Below, one piece after another: positions 10,145 through 20,843 of a stretch of 64,000 bases of DNA. Numbering within the stretch: the first letter of the stretch is position 1; each line of letters starts with the position of its first letter. The DNA is from Clostridium sp. GTDB lineage: Bacteria > Bacillota > Clostridia > Clostridiales > Clostridiaceae. The notes below the pieces were generated by a model, which worked only from the letters and a program-made list of their open reading frames with translations, did not search any database and was not told the origin of the DNA. The DNA is taken from contig SVCK01000150.1 in the NCBI GenBank assembly GCA_015058375.1, positions 2,472 to 66,471 on the forward strand, read 5' to 3'. The translations under genes were made by a program, and so were the position numbers.

Positions 10145-10672
10145 ATGGAAAATAAGAAACGTAATATTCTTTTATCAAAAGAAACTATTGACACTAGGAT
10201 TGCAGAACTTGGTGCTGAAATAACTAAAGATTATGAAGGCAAAAAACTATATGTTCTATCGTTATTAAGAGGTAGTTTTGTATTTACTGCTGATCTAGTA
10301 AGAGCTCTTGATACAAAAGTCAAAATAGGCTTTATGACAACTTCAAGTTATGGAAATAGTGAAATAAGCTCAGGTAACGTAAAAATAGTTAGCGACATTC
10401 CTGATAATATAGAAGGATACGATGTATTAATTGTTGATGATATAGTAGACACAGGTTATACTATGGAATTTATAATAGAACATGTTAAAAAGTTAGGTGC
10501 TGCATCTGTTAAAAGTTGCGTACTTTTAGATAAACCTTCTAGAAGAAAAGCTAATGTAACTCCTGATTATAGATGTTTTGAAATTGATGATGTTTTTGTA
10601 GTAGGTTACGGTTTAGACTATGAAAATTACTATAGAAACGTTCCTTATGTATTTAACTGGGAAGAAAAATAA
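10145..10672 (+). CDS. hpt: Hypoxanthine phosphoribosyltransferase
   Basis: LIVDDIVDTG, FVVGYGLD. ATG at 10145 behind an AGAGG RBS. Confidence 0.95.
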   Translation: MENKKRNILLSKETIDTRIAELGAEITKDYEGKKLYVLSLLRGSFVFTADLVRALDTKVKIGFMTTSSYGNSEISSGNVKIVSDIPDNIEGYDVLIVDDIVDTGYTMEFIIEHVKKLGAASVKSCVLLDKPSRRKANVTPDYRCFEIDDVFVVGYGLDYENYYRNVPYVFNWEEK

Positions 10673-10746
10673 TTTTCAAAAAATCATTACAAATTTTAAG
10701 TAATAACTTTTTTAATCGAGTTAAATAAGAGTCTTAATCAACTTAC

Positions 10747-10795
10747 AATATAGTAGATAGATTTGTGTAAAAATAAATCTATCTACTATATTTTT
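10747..10795. terminator. Bidirectional terminator between hpt and yunB
   Basis: 18-bp perfect inverted repeat AATATAGTAGATAGATTT / AAATCTATCTACTATATT. Confidence 0.75.
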
Positions 10796-10799
10796 AATG

Positions 10800-11450
10800 T
10801 TAATCTGTTGCCGCTTTAAAATCTAGTGCAGTTTCTGGAATCTTTCCTACCACTATAGTTTCTGCTACTGGTATATCACAATCCACTTCTACATCTTGAC
10901 TGTGTAATGGAACTACAACTCTAACCATTGCCTTAACTTTCAAATAAATTTTATGTCTTGTCTGATTTATTCCTGCACTTTCAAATTTAGAATCATAATC
11001 AATATTTATATTTCCAATAGGCTGTATCTTAATGTTTATTTCAGGTCCCATATTATAAAGTACACTTCTTTCTGTAATCCAACCTATCGGCACATCTACT
11101 CCTATGTCTCCCATTTTCTTAAGTTCATCATTACATTCAAGTGCTATTTCTGATGACAACTTATTAAGTTTTATTGTATCTGCTCTTATTAAATTAATAT
11201 TACCTTCTGAATCTTTATCAATCTTTATTACATCATCATATTTAAATTCAGTTGTAAATACCTTCATACTAACTTCACTAATAGTATCAACAGCTTTAGA
11301 TTTAACCATTGTTTCTGACTTTTGAATAACATAAGGAAATACTTTTTTATCAAACATGTATAGTATTATATTAAAAATAATTAATATTGCAATAATAACC
11401 AAAAACATTGGTTTTATCCGTTTCTTTTTAGGTTTAACATAATATTTCAT
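10800..11450 (-). CDS. yunB: Sporulation protein YunB
   Basis: N-terminal TM helix; FESAGINQTRHKIYL; IPVAETIVVGKIP. Confidence 0.92.
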   Translation of the reverse strand: MKYYVKPKKKRIKPMFLVIIAILIIFNIILYMFDKKVFPYVIQKSETMVKSKAVDTISEVSMKVFTTEFKYDDVIKIDKDSEGNINLIRADTIKLNKLSSEIALECNDELKKMGDIGVDVPIGWITERSVLYNMGPEINIKIQPIGNINIDYDSKFESAGINQTRHKIYLKVKAMVRVVVPLHSQDVEVDCDIPVAETIVVGKIPETALDFKAATD

Positions 11451-11557
11451 CCAACACCTTTATTGAGTTATTGATTTAATCATATTATAATTATGCTATA
11501 GTATAAAATATTATAATCAAATATTACTATGTAATTTTATAAAATCAGGAGGAACAA

Positions 11558-14092
11558 ATGGCTATAGATAAAAAAGTTAATAATAAGACTAACGCCAGAA
11601 AATCACAAGCCAGAAAACCAACCCCCAATAATACTGGGAATAAAAACAGTTCACATAAAAAAAGAAAGAAGAAGCAAGGTGAATTTTCTAAATTCTTTAA
11701 AAGAGCACTCTTTACTATATTCTTTTTAATGTTAACTGCAATTGTTGTTGGAGCAGGTTATGTTTTTGCTGTTATAAAAAGTACTCCACCATTAGATTTA
11801 CAAGCTGTTCTTAATTTAAGTCAGCCAACCTCTATATATGACAGAGTTGGAGTATTTATGGATAACCTTCATTCTGAAGTTGATAGAACTATTGTATCGT
11901 ATGATCAAATACCTCAGCATTTAAAAGATGGCTTTGTATCTATCGAAGATCAAAGATTCGAAAACCATAGAGGAATTGATATTATCAGAATTGGTGGTTC
12001 TGCAATAACAGACCTTAATAAGCTATTTAAAGGTCAACATGGCTTACATGGAGGTTCTACAATAACACAGCAATTATTAAAGAACACTGTTTTATCAGAT
12101 GAAACTTCTGCTATACAAAGAAAGATAAAAGAAATATGGTATGCATTAAACCTTGAAAAACAATTATCAAAAGATGAAATTTTAAATCAATATTTAAATA
12201 CTATTCCATTAGGAGGTACAGCTTACGGAGTTGAAGCCGCTTCCAACCTTTATTTTGGTAAATCGGTAAGCGAATTGAATTTAATTGAATGTGCATATAT
12301 AAGTGGTATTGCTCAAGCACCTACTTACTATAGTGCATACAATCAAAATAATGTAAAAGATCCAACTCCTTATTTAACAAGAACTAAGAGTGTTCTTAAT
12401 AAAATGTATGAATTAAATAAAATAACTCAAACAGAATATAATCAAGCTATTGCAGATATTGATTCTGGAAAACTACAATTTAAATCTACTACTAAGAATT
12501 ATACTCTTAAATATGAATGGTATATTAATCCTACCGTTTCTCAAGTTAAACAAGATTTAAAATCAAAATATAAATATTCAGACGATGAAGTATCTAGACT
12601 TCTAGCTAACGGTGGCTTAAAAATAACTACTAATATGGATAGAGGACTTCAAGATTATACTCAAGAAGTTTTAGATAATTATAATGCCACAAATATCGGT
12701 TTTAAGGAAACTTATTTTGAGGGTACTAAAATACCTGAATTTCAAGCTTCTGCTACTATTATGGATTATAAAACTGGTAAAGTTTTAGCTATGGTTGGAG
12801 GAAGAGGTCCTCATGCAGCCAACTCTACTAATAGAGCTTATACAACGTTAAAATCTATTGGTTCAACAACTAAGCCATTAACTGTTTACGGACCTGCTAT
12901 TAATGAAAAAATTCTTACAGCAGCCTCTACAATTGATGACTCACCACTTGATGAAGCTACTAGTAAAAGCATGAACGGTGGTACTGATTGGAATCTTAAA
13001 AATGATGATCATACTTTTGCTGGTAATGTAACTTTAAGATTAGGTTTAAAGTATTCTAAAAATGTTGTTGCTGCTAAAGTATTAAATACGATTGGTACAA
13101 AAACAGCTCATTCTTACGGTGAAAAATTTGGATTAGTTTATAACAATAAATCTAAATCTCAAGCTGCAACCCTAGCTCTTGGGCAATTTGATGGTAATGG
13201 AGATGGTGGCAACACATTTATCACAGCTGCTGCATTTGGTGTATTTGGAAATGAAGGTGTTTATACAGAACCAAAACTATATTCTAAAGTTGTAGATGCT
13301 TCAGGAAATGTTCTTTTAGACAGTGAACAAAATATTAAAACTAAAGAAATTTTCTCAAAACAAACAGCTTGGATAATGTACAATATTTTAAAAGATTCAC
13401 GTTCATATACAGGTCCATCTGCTGAATTCGGTTCAATGCCTGTTGCAGGAAAAACAGGTACAACAAGTGATAATAAGGATTTTTGGTTTACTGGAATAAC
13501 TCCTTATCTTTCAGGTTCTATATGGCTTGGTTATGATACACCTAGATCAATGCGTTATGGAAGTTCTGATAAAGCTGCTTTTTTATGGGGTAAGATAATG
13601 GAAAAAGCTCATGAAAACTTAAGTTATTCAGAAATTGAAATGCCAGAAGGTATAACTAGTGCTACAGTATGCATTGATTCTGGAAAACTTGCAAAAAATC
13701 TTTGTTATCAAGATTCAAGAGATAGAGTTTATGATGAATACTTTATTGAAGGAACAGAGCCAACAAATTATTGTGATAATCATGTTTTACTAACATTAAA
13801 TTCATCAAATAACAAAATTGCAAATGATTATACACCATCATTTTTAAAAATGACTTCTGTATTTGTAAAGAAAACACATCCAAATCCAATAACAAAAGAT
13901 TATCCTTATATTTTGCCTTATTTGGATGAAGATACTTATACAAATCCCCCATCTACAAAGGAGCAAGAAAATAATGAGCCTGATAATAAAACTGAAGAAA
14001 CAGAGCCAATAGAAGATGAAAAGAAAGAAGAAGTTATAGAACCAAAGGATGATAAAATTAGAGATTCTATTTTACCTAAAAAAAATAGATAA
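11558..14092 (+). CDS. Class A penicillin-binding protein (PBP1A family)
   Basis: Transglycosylase EDQRF..H.G and GGSTITQQLLKN; transpeptidase STTK, SKN, KTGT. Confidence 0.95.
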   Translation: MAIDKKVNNKTNARKSQARKPTPNNTGNKNSSHKKRKKKQGEFSKFFKRALFTIFFLMLTAIVVGAGYVFAVIKSTPPLDLQAVLNLSQPTSIYDRVGVFMDNLHSEVDRTIVSYDQIPQHLKDGFVSIEDQRFENHRGIDIIRIGGSAITDLNKLFKGQHGLHGGSTITQQLLKNTVLSDETSAIQRKIKEIWYALNLEKQLSKDEILNQYLNTIPLGGTAYGVEAASNLYFGKSVSELNLIECAYISGIAQAPTYYSAYNQNNVKDPTPYLTRTKSVLNKMYELNKITQTEYNQAIADIDSGKLQFKSTTKNYTLKYEWYINPTVSQVKQDLKSKYKYSDDEVSRLLANGGLKITTNMDRGLQDYTQEVLDNYNATNIGFKETYFEGTKIPEFQASATIMDYKTGKVLAMVGGRGPHAANSTNRAYTTLKSIGSTTKPLTVYGPAINEKILTAASTIDDSPLDEATSKSMNGGTDWNLKNDDHTFAGNVTLRLGLKYSKNVVAAKVLNTIGTKTAHSYGEKFGLVYNNKSKSQAATLALGQFDGNGDGGNTFITAAAFGVFGNEGVYTEPKLYSKVVDASGNVLLDSEQNIKTKEIFSKQTAWIMYNILKDSRSYTGPSAEFGSMPVAGKTGTTSDNKDFWFTGITPYLSGSIWLGYDTPRSMRYGSSDKAAFLWGKIMEKAHENLSYSEIEMPEGITSATVCIDSGKLAKNLCYQDSRDRVYDEYFIEGTEPTNYCDNHVLLTLNSSNNKIANDYTPSFLKMTSVFVKKTHPNPITKDYPYILPYLDEDTYTNPPSTKEQENNEPDNKTEETEPIEDEKKEEVIEPKDDKIRDSILPKKNR

Positions 14093-14103
14093 TTTAAAAC
14101 TTT

Positions 14104-14158
14104 AAAAGCGAGTGTCACTTTAGTAATTTTAAAGACTATTAAAGTGGCACTCGCTTTT
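14104..14158 (+). terminator. Terminator hairpin after the PBP gene
   Basis: AAAAGCGAGTGTCACTTTAGT...ATTAAAGTGGCACTCGCTTTT. Confidence 0.75.
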
Positions 14159-14263
14159 GTAAAAAAAATGATTTTTACCTACTAAATTCTTTCATCTATT
14201 AACCATAAAGGGTGTAATTAATCAGACTATTTATACAATAAATGAATTTTTATATCTTTTCTC

Positions 14264-14311
14264 TTGCATTAATTAAAAAAATAATATAAAATATCATTAA
14301 ATTATGTCGAA
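14264..14311 (+). promoter_or_regulatory. sigma-A promoter with a downstream Spo0A-box-like site
   Basis: TTGCAT-17-TAAAAT (14264-14292); TGTCGAA at 14305-14311. Confidence 0.5.
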
Positions 14312-14336
14312 CTTTTACTGAAACGGAGGACTTTTT

Positions 14337-15734
14337 ATGGATATAATCAATAATATTATTTCTAATTTGAATAATTTGCTTTGGACCTATATATTAATAT
14401 TTTTACTAATATCTTTAGGTCTATTTTTTACTTTTAAATCTAGATTTGTACAATTTAGATACTTAAAAGAAATGTTTAAACTACTTGGGGAAGGAACATC
14501 TAAAAATGGTGATAAAAATCAAATTTCATCTTTCCAAGCTTTTTGCATGAGTACAGCCTCAAGAGTTGGTACTGGTAATCTTGCTGGTATTGCTATTGCA
14601 ATTTCAATTGGAGGGCCTGGAGCTGTTTTTTGGATGTGGATTATTGCACTTATAGGAGCTGCTTCTAGTTTTGTTGAATCTACACTTGCTCAAATTTATA
14701 AAGTAAAAGATAAAAATGGTTCGTTTAGAGGAGGACCTGCTTATTATATGGAAAAAGCCTTAAATAAAAAATGGCTTGGTATAATTTTTTCAATATTAAT
14801 AACTATTTCATTTGGTTTAATATTTAATTCTGTTCAATCTAATACAATCGCTTCTGCTTTAAATCAAGCTTTTAGCATCAATAAATTATTACTTGCTCTA
14901 AGCTTAACAATTTTTACAGCTATAATAATATTTGGAGGAGTTAAAAGAATTGCAAAATTCACTGGTATAATTGTACCTATAATGGCTGGTGCCTATATTC
15001 TAATAGCATTATTAGTTGTATTAATGAACATAACAAAACTTCCTGCAATGTTTGCACTAATATTTGAAAATGCTTTTGGATTTAAAGAAGCTATTGGAGG
15101 TGGATTAGGTGCTGCTTTAATGCAAGGAATCAAGAGAGGACTATTCTCTAATGAAGCCGGTATGGGAAGTGCACCAAATGCTGCCGCTACTGCCGCTGTA
15201 TCACATCCAGTTAAGCAAGGTCTTATTCAAACTTTAGGTGTATTTACAGATACAATACTTATCTGTAGCTGTACTGCTTTTATAATATTACTTTCAGAAA
15301 TTGATTTAAACAGTAGTGCAACTGGTATTGAACTTACTCAAAATGCTTTAAGTGCACATGTTGGTCCATGGGGTACATATTTTATAGCACTTTGTATATT
15401 ATTATTTGCTTTTAGTTCAATAATAGGTAACTACTACTATGGAGAAGCAAACATTGAATTTTTAACCAATAATAAAATATATATCAATATTTATAGAATA
15501 TGTGTAATAGCCATGGTATTCTTTGGATGTCTCGCAAACATGCAAACTGTATGGGATCTTGCTGATGTATTCATGGGAATCATGGCAATACTAAACTTAA
15601 TTACTATAGCATTCTTAGCTAAATATGCTTTCAAAGCTTTAGATGATTATCAAAAGCAAAAAAGATCAGGTATAGAGAACCCAATATTTAAAGCTTCTTC
15701 AATTCCAGAATTGGAAAATGTAGAAGAATGGTAA
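14337..15734 (+). CDS. Alanine/glycine:cation symporter (AGCS family)
   Basis: RVGTGNLAG, GGPGAVFWMW, RGLFSNEAGMGS. Confidence 0.95.
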   Translation: MDIINNIISNLNNLLWTYILIFLLISLGLFFTFKSRFVQFRYLKEMFKLLGEGTSKNGDKNQISSFQAFCMSTASRVGTGNLAGIAIAISIGGPGAVFWMWIIALIGAASSFVESTLAQIYKVKDKNGSFRGGPAYYMEKALNKKWLGIIFSILITISFGLIFNSVQSNTIASALNQAFSINKLLLALSLTIFTAIIIFGGVKRIAKFTGIIVPIMAGAYILIALLVVLMNITKLPAMFALIFENAFGFKEAIGGGLGAALMQGIKRGLFSNEAGMGSAPNAAATAAVSHPVKQGLIQTLGVFTDTILICSCTAFIILLSEIDLNSSATGIELTQNALSAHVGPWGTYFIALCILLFAFSSIIGNYYYGEANIEFLTNNKIYINIYRICVIAMVFFGCLANMQTVWDLADVFMGIMAILNLITIAFLAKYAFKALDDYQKQKRSGIENPIFKASSIPELENVEEW

Positions 15735-15751
15735 TTAAAATTTTAAAATTC

Positions 15752-15787
15752 AAACAACCATACTAGCAAAAGCTGGTATGGTTGTTT
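15752..15787 (+). terminator. Intrinsic terminator
   Basis: AAACAACCATACTAGC-AAAA-GCTGGTATGGTTGTTT. Confidence 0.8.
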
Positions 15788-15836
15788 CTCTATATAATAT
15801 AAAAAGACAGAAAAATAGATTTGCTTTTACACAAAT

Positions 15837-16964
15837 CTATCTGTCCGTAATTTTACGCCATGCTAACAGAGCATTTAAGTTATTAAAAGAATATACTTGT
15901 AAAGTAACAGTATCTCCATAAGCTCCAAATATCTTACTATTCTTATCTTGTACTTGATAAGCTTTTATTTTATTTTTACATATTTCATATAATTCAGAAT
16001 CTCCAGCTAAAGATGCTGTCTTTAATAAATTAGCATATATTGTAGTAGATTCAATATTGCTTTTTACATTACCATTCACATCATAAGAACTAAATATTCC
16101 ATTATCTTCATTATATTTTTTCTTTAAAAATTGAAGACTTTTTTGCACATCAAGACCTGCTTCAGCTCTATTTAACAAAACAACTGAATTTAATTCCATG
16201 TTTAAATCTTCAGTATCAAATTCTCTCGTACTCCTATCATATTCTTTTCTATATAAAGGAACATCTTCACTAACTAAAGATCTGTCTAAAAGTTCTAGTG
16301 AAGCATTATAAATATTTTTATAATCATTGTCTAATGATGCTATAAGTCTTAATGATAATATATCTAAGTAGCATATCTGAGTTTTATTGCTTTTACCATA
16401 TTCATCATAAAAATCTGATAATAAATTGCCATCAGCAAGTTCTTTCTTTATAGCTCTAGATATTTTAAAAGCATCTTTTCTATAGTTAATTTCATTCCAC
16501 TTTTCAGAAGCTAAAAGAAGAGCTTTAACCACCCTTAAATCATCTATTGTAGATGGAACTTCTTTTTCATCTTCCCCAACTCTCCATTTAAGCAATCCAT
16601 TCTTCATAAGCATTTTGTTCTTTATATACGATAACACATTATCATATTTATCTTTATCATTTACATCTAAATAATATAAAAGCATTAAACCTTCTGATTC
16701 AGACAAAACAGAATGCCCTTTAGTTATTTCTCCTTCTGACTTTTCAGCATTATAATTTGTAAGTATTCCATAGTCACTAGTCATTAAATCTGTTGTAATA
16801 AAATTCAACAAATTTTGTTCCTGTTCTGAAACTTCATTATTACTCCATATTACACCACTGTTAATAGGTTTAACATAAGGCAAAACTAAATATATAGCCA
16901 TACATATTAATAAAATTAATGTTGCTATAGATATTATAATGATATTTTTTCTCTTTTTCTTCAT
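15837..16964 (-). CDS. Membrane-anchored GH8-like (YdaJ-like) glycosyl hydrolase
   Basis: N-terminal TM helix; LSESEGLMLLY; STIDDLR. Confidence 0.7.
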   Translation of the reverse strand: MKKKRKNIIIISIATLILLICMAIYLVLPYVKPINSGVIWSNNEVSEQEQNLLNFITTDLMTSDYGILTNYNAEKSEGEITKGHSVLSESEGLMLLYYLDVNDKDKYDNVLSYIKNKMLMKNGLLKWRVGEDEKEVPSTIDDLRVVKALLLASEKWNEINYRKDAFKISRAIKKELADGNLLSDFYDEYGKSNKTQICYLDILSLRLIASLDNDYKNIYNASLELLDRSLVSEDVPLYRKEYDRSTREFDTEDLNMELNSVVLLNRAEAGLDVQKSLQFLKKKYNEDNGIFSSYDVNGNVKSNIESTTIYANLLKTASLAGDSELYEICKNKIKAYQVQDKNSKIFGAYGDTVTLQVYSFNNLNALLAWRKITDR

Positions 16965-16982
16965 TTCTTCCCCCAAATCAAA

Positions 16983-17525
16983 TTATTTATAAATCCTTTT
17001 ATAAATTTTATAATAAGTATTTACTTTATCTACATATTGCTTAGTTTCTTTATAAGGTATATAGTTTAAAGTTTTTCCATCTGTTGAATACTCTTTATTT
17101 TTAAGCCACTCCCTTACATTTCCACGTCCTGCATTATAAGCTGCCACAAATAAATCGACATCTTCAAATTCTTCTCTTAAATTATTTAAATACCAGCATC
17201 CCATCTTTATGTTATACTCTTCATCATATAATTTTTCCGAAGTATAGTCTGTTAACCCCATTTGTTTAGCAATCCATTCACCTGTTTGTTCAGTAATTTG
17301 CATAAGTCCCATAGCATTTTTATGAGATGTTGCATCAGTTCTAAAACCACTTTCAGCCATTATTACTGATAAAACAAAATAAGGATCTAAATCATTTTGA
17401 TTTGCATACTTAACTATGGTTTCCTTATGCTTAAACGGAAAAACATGTTCTTTTAAAACATACTTTCCGCCATAGAAGGTAATTAATATTACAATTAAAA
17501 CTACAACTAATTTTTTAACCTTCAT
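16983..17525 (-). CDS. Lytic transglycosylase (SLT domain)
   Basis: AESGF, AMGLMQI, AAYNAG, PYKETKQYV. Confidence 0.93.
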   Translation of the reverse strand: MKVKKLVVVLIVILITFYGGKYVLKEHVFPFKHKETIVKYANQNDLDPYFVLSVIMAESGFRTDATSHKNAMGLMQITEQTGEWIAKQMGLTDYTSEKLYDEEYNIKMGCWYLNNLREEFEDVDLFVAAYNAGRGNVREWLKNKEYSTDGKTLNYIPYKETKQYVDKVNTYYKIYKRIYK

Positions 17526-17541
17526 CCCTTTCTCCTTTTAC

Positions 17542-18138
17542 TTACATTATTTTTAAAAAGTCTATAATATCTTCAACTTGCCTTTGAGTTTCTATCAAGT
17601 CTCCTCCATTGTCTATCAGTACATTAGCATACTTTTTCTTTTCTTCAATTTGCATTTGAGCATTTATCCTACTTACTGCTTCTGAATGAGTTAATTTATC
17701 ACGAGTTTTAATTCTCTGAATCTGAGTTTTTGTATCTGCCCATACCAACATTACAAAATCCATATCTTTATGCATACCATTTTCTATTAATGTTGGTGCA
17801 TCAAGAATAACTAATTTTTCCCCATCTTTTTCATACATATCAAAAGCTTCTTCAATTTCCTTAAAGATATATGGCATTATTATATTTTCATATCTTATCC
17901 TTTGTTTTATAAATCTAAAAATATGATTACCGAATTCTTTTCTTCTAAATTGACCTTTCCAATCAAAAAAACCTTCTCCAAATTCTATTCTAACTTTATC
18001 TAAAATTTCAGGATATTTTGAAAGTACATCTTTTGCTATTAAATCAGCATCTATAACTTTAAATCCCGATTTAATAAGCATTTTAGAAACAGTACTCTTT
18101 CCTGTACCAATTCCTCCTGTAAGTCCTATTCTTAACAT
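17542..18138 (-). CDS. coaE: Dephospho-CoA kinase
   Basis: IGLTGGIGTGKSTV, IDAD; located downstream of polA. Confidence 0.95.
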   Translation of the reverse strand: MLRIGLTGGIGTGKSTVSKMLIKSGFKVIDADLIAKDVLSKYPEILDKVRIEFGEGFFDWKGQFRRKEFGNHIFRFIKQRIRYENIIMPYIFKEIEEAFDMYEKDGEKLVILDAPTLIENGMHKDMDFVMLVWADTKTQIQRIKTRDKLTHSEAVSRINAQMQIEEKKKYANVLIDNGGDLIETQRQVEDIIDFLKIM

Positions 18139-18155
18139 TATACTGCTACTCCTCC

Positions 18156-20744
18156 TTACTTAGCTTCATACCAAGTAGCGCCTTCATTTACATCCACCTC
18201 TAATGGTACATGTAATTTTAAAGCTCTCTCCATTTCTTCTTTTACTAAATTTCTAACTTCTTCTTCTTCATCTGGTTTAACATTTAAAATAAGTTCATCA
18301 TGCACCTGTAAAATCAAACTACTCTTTAGTTGTTCTTTCTTCAACCTATTATATACATTTACCATTGCAATTTTAATTATATCTGCTGCACTTCCTTGAA
18401 TAGGAGCATTCATTGCAAGTCTTTCACCTAAAGCTTTAACAATTTTATTAGAAGCTTTTATTTCTGGAATAAATCTTCTTCTATTAAAAATAGTAGAAAC
18501 ATATCCTTCTCTTGCCGCCTCTTCGATTATTTCATCAAGATATAACTTGATTCTAGGATATCTCTCAAAATATATATTCATATATTCTGATGCTTCCTTT
18601 TTAGTAATCTTCAAATCTTTAGCAAGTGAAAAATCACTCATTCCATAAATTATTCCAAAATTAACAGCCTTAGCTCTACTTCTCATTATTGAAGTAACTT
18701 CATCTATTGGCACATTAAATACCTCAGAAGCTGTTTTTGTATGAATATCACTATGATGAGTAAATGCCTTTATCATATTTTCATCGTTAGCCATATGCGC
18801 AAGTACCCTAAGTTCAATTTGTGAATAATCACAAGATAAAAGAATATCCCCTTCTTCATTCGGTATAAATACTTTTCTTATTTCTTTACCCATCTCATAT
18901 TTTATAGGAATATTTTGAAGATTAGGATCTGTACTTGAAAGTCTTCCTGTTGTTGTTACTGTTTGATTAAAGTTTGAATGTATTTTTCCATCTTTATCAA
19001 TAACATTCTTCAGTCCTTCTACATATGTTGAATTCAATTTAGTTATCTGTCTATAATATATTATTTTCTCTACTATAGGATGCTTATCTATTAGTTTATC
19101 TAAAACATCTGCATTTGTTGAATAACCAGTTTTAGTCTTCTTAATTACAGGTAAATCAAGTTTTTCAAATAATATTTTACCTAATTGTTTAGGTGAACTT
19201 ATATTAAATTCTTCCTCTGCTAACGCATATATTTCCTTTTGTAATTTTTCAATTTCATCTTTAAATTTGACTTCTAGTGTGTCAATCATATCTTTATCTA
19301 CATTAAAACCTTGAGATTCCATATATGAAAGTACAGTAACAAGTGGAAGTTCTATATTATAATAAAGTTCATGCATACCATCATCTTCAATTCTATCTTT
19401 AAGAATATTAGATAATTTCTTTATATAAGTAGAACCTTTAACTAATATATCTTCACCTTTTATATCTTCGTTCAAATACTCTTTAACAAGCATCTCAAGC
19501 CTATATTCACCTTTTGATGAATCAATTAAATATGCAGCAATTGCTGTATCAAAAATAAATGATTTCATTTCAATATTATTTTTAGATAATACTGTTAGTA
19601 AATGTTTTGCATCATGAATAATCTTATTTTTACTTATGTCTTCCATAAATGTTTTTAGAATTTCAAAAGCCTCTACTGAATTTTCTTCTACTATTTTATT
19701 AAAATCAATTTCTATACTTTCACTATCTGAAGCAAATATAATTTTATCAAGTTTAATTTCAGAAAATCTTGATTCATTTTCTACAGAATAACAAATATAT
19801 GAATTTTCACTTTGACTATCTAGTACACGTTTAAAATCAGCAAGATTATCTATCTTATTAAACACTGCAATTTCTCTAGTTGCTTCATCAAAAAGTTTAC
19901 CTACAGCATTTTTAAGATTTAAATCTAATAAGAATTTTTGTATATTTTCGGTATCAAAATCTTGTTTAACCTCTATATCTTCAAAATTAATATTTAAATC
20001 GTTAACTTCAGCAAAAGTAAAAAGATTTTTATTCATCTTAACTTGTTCTTCTGCTTGCTCTAAATTTTTCCTCATATTTTTTAGAACTACTTTATCTAAA
20101 TTTTCAAATAAGTCTTCAATTGAACCATTTTCACGTATAAGGCTAAATGCAGTTTTTTCTCCAATACCAAAAACGCCTTTAACATTATTTTTTTTACTTC
20201 CTTTTAACGATCTTACATCTATATATTGACTAGGTTCAATTTCAAATTGTTCCTCAAATGATTTTTCATCATAAACTTCTATATCATTTAATCCTTTCTG
20301 AACTTTAACTATATTAATTTTTTCTGATAGTAGTTCAAATAAATCATCCTTTTCTGTAAACACATAAACTTCAACATCATTATTTTTGGCAATTCTTACC
20401 ACCGTATTTATTATATCATTTGCTTCATATCCATCTATTTCAAAAATATTAATTGATAACAACTTTAACAATTTTTTTATTAGAGGAACTTGTTCTTTTA
20501 ATTCTTTTGGCATATTATCTGATATTTTATATTCAGAAAATTCATTACATCTAAAAGAAGTTTTTTCTGAATCAAAAGCTGCCATAATATAATCGGGTTT
20601 CACTCTTTCTTTAATCTCAGCTAATAGGTTTATAAATCCATTAACAGCATTTACTGAAATTCCTTCATTATTTTGCAATAATGGTTGTGCATAATATGCT
20701 CTATTCAGCAAAGAATTTGAGTCTAATATTAGTAACTTTTTCAT
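18156..20744 (-). CDS. polA: DNA polymerase I (5'-nuclease domain appears degenerate)
   Basis: TTTGRLSS.DPNLQNIP, DYSQIELR, AKAVNFGIIYG, QVHDE. Confidence 0.96.
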   Translation of the reverse strand: MKKLLILDSNSLLNRAYYAQPLLQNNEGISVNAVNGFINLLAEIKERVKPDYIMAAFDSEKTSFRCNEFSEYKISDNMPKELKEQVPLIKKLLKLLSINIFEIDGYEANDIINTVVRIAKNNDVEVYVFTEKDDLFELLSEKINIVKVQKGLNDIEVYDEKSFEEQFEIEPSQYIDVRSLKGSKKNNVKGVFGIGEKTAFSLIRENGSIEDLFENLDKVVLKNMRKNLEQAEEQVKMNKNLFTFAEVNDLNINFEDIEVKQDFDTENIQKFLLDLNLKNAVGKLFDEATREIAVFNKIDNLADFKRVLDSQSENSYICYSVENESRFSEIKLDKIIFASDSESIEIDFNKIVEENSVEAFEILKTFMEDISKNKIIHDAKHLLTVLSKNNIEMKSFIFDTAIAAYLIDSSKGEYRLEMLVKEYLNEDIKGEDILVKGSTYIKKLSNILKDRIEDDGMHELYYNIELPLVTVLSYMESQGFNVDKDMIDTLEVKFKDEIEKLQKEIYALAEEEFNISSPKQLGKILFEKLDLPVIKKTKTGYSTNADVLDKLIDKHPIVEKIIYYRQITKLNSTYVEGLKNVIDKDGKIHSNFNQTVTTTGRLSSTDPNLQNIPIKYEMGKEIRKVFIPNEEGDILLSCDYSQIELRVLAHMANDENMIKAFTHHSDIHTKTASEVFNVPIDEVTSIMRSRAKAVNFGIIYGMSDFSLAKDLKITKKEASEYMNIYFERYPRIKLYLDEIIEEAAREGYVSTIFNRRRFIPEIKASNKIVKALGERLAMNAPIQGSAADIIKIAMVNVYNRLKKEQLKSSLILQVHDELILNVKPDEEEEVRNLVKEEMERALKLHVPLEVDVNEGATWYEAK

Positions 20745-20843
20745 ATAATCCTCCTCTAAAATTTAATAACTTAACTATTTAAATTATTAATATCTTTTGT
20801 TTCTATTATACTATTATTTCTAATTTAATTCATTAGTACAAAT

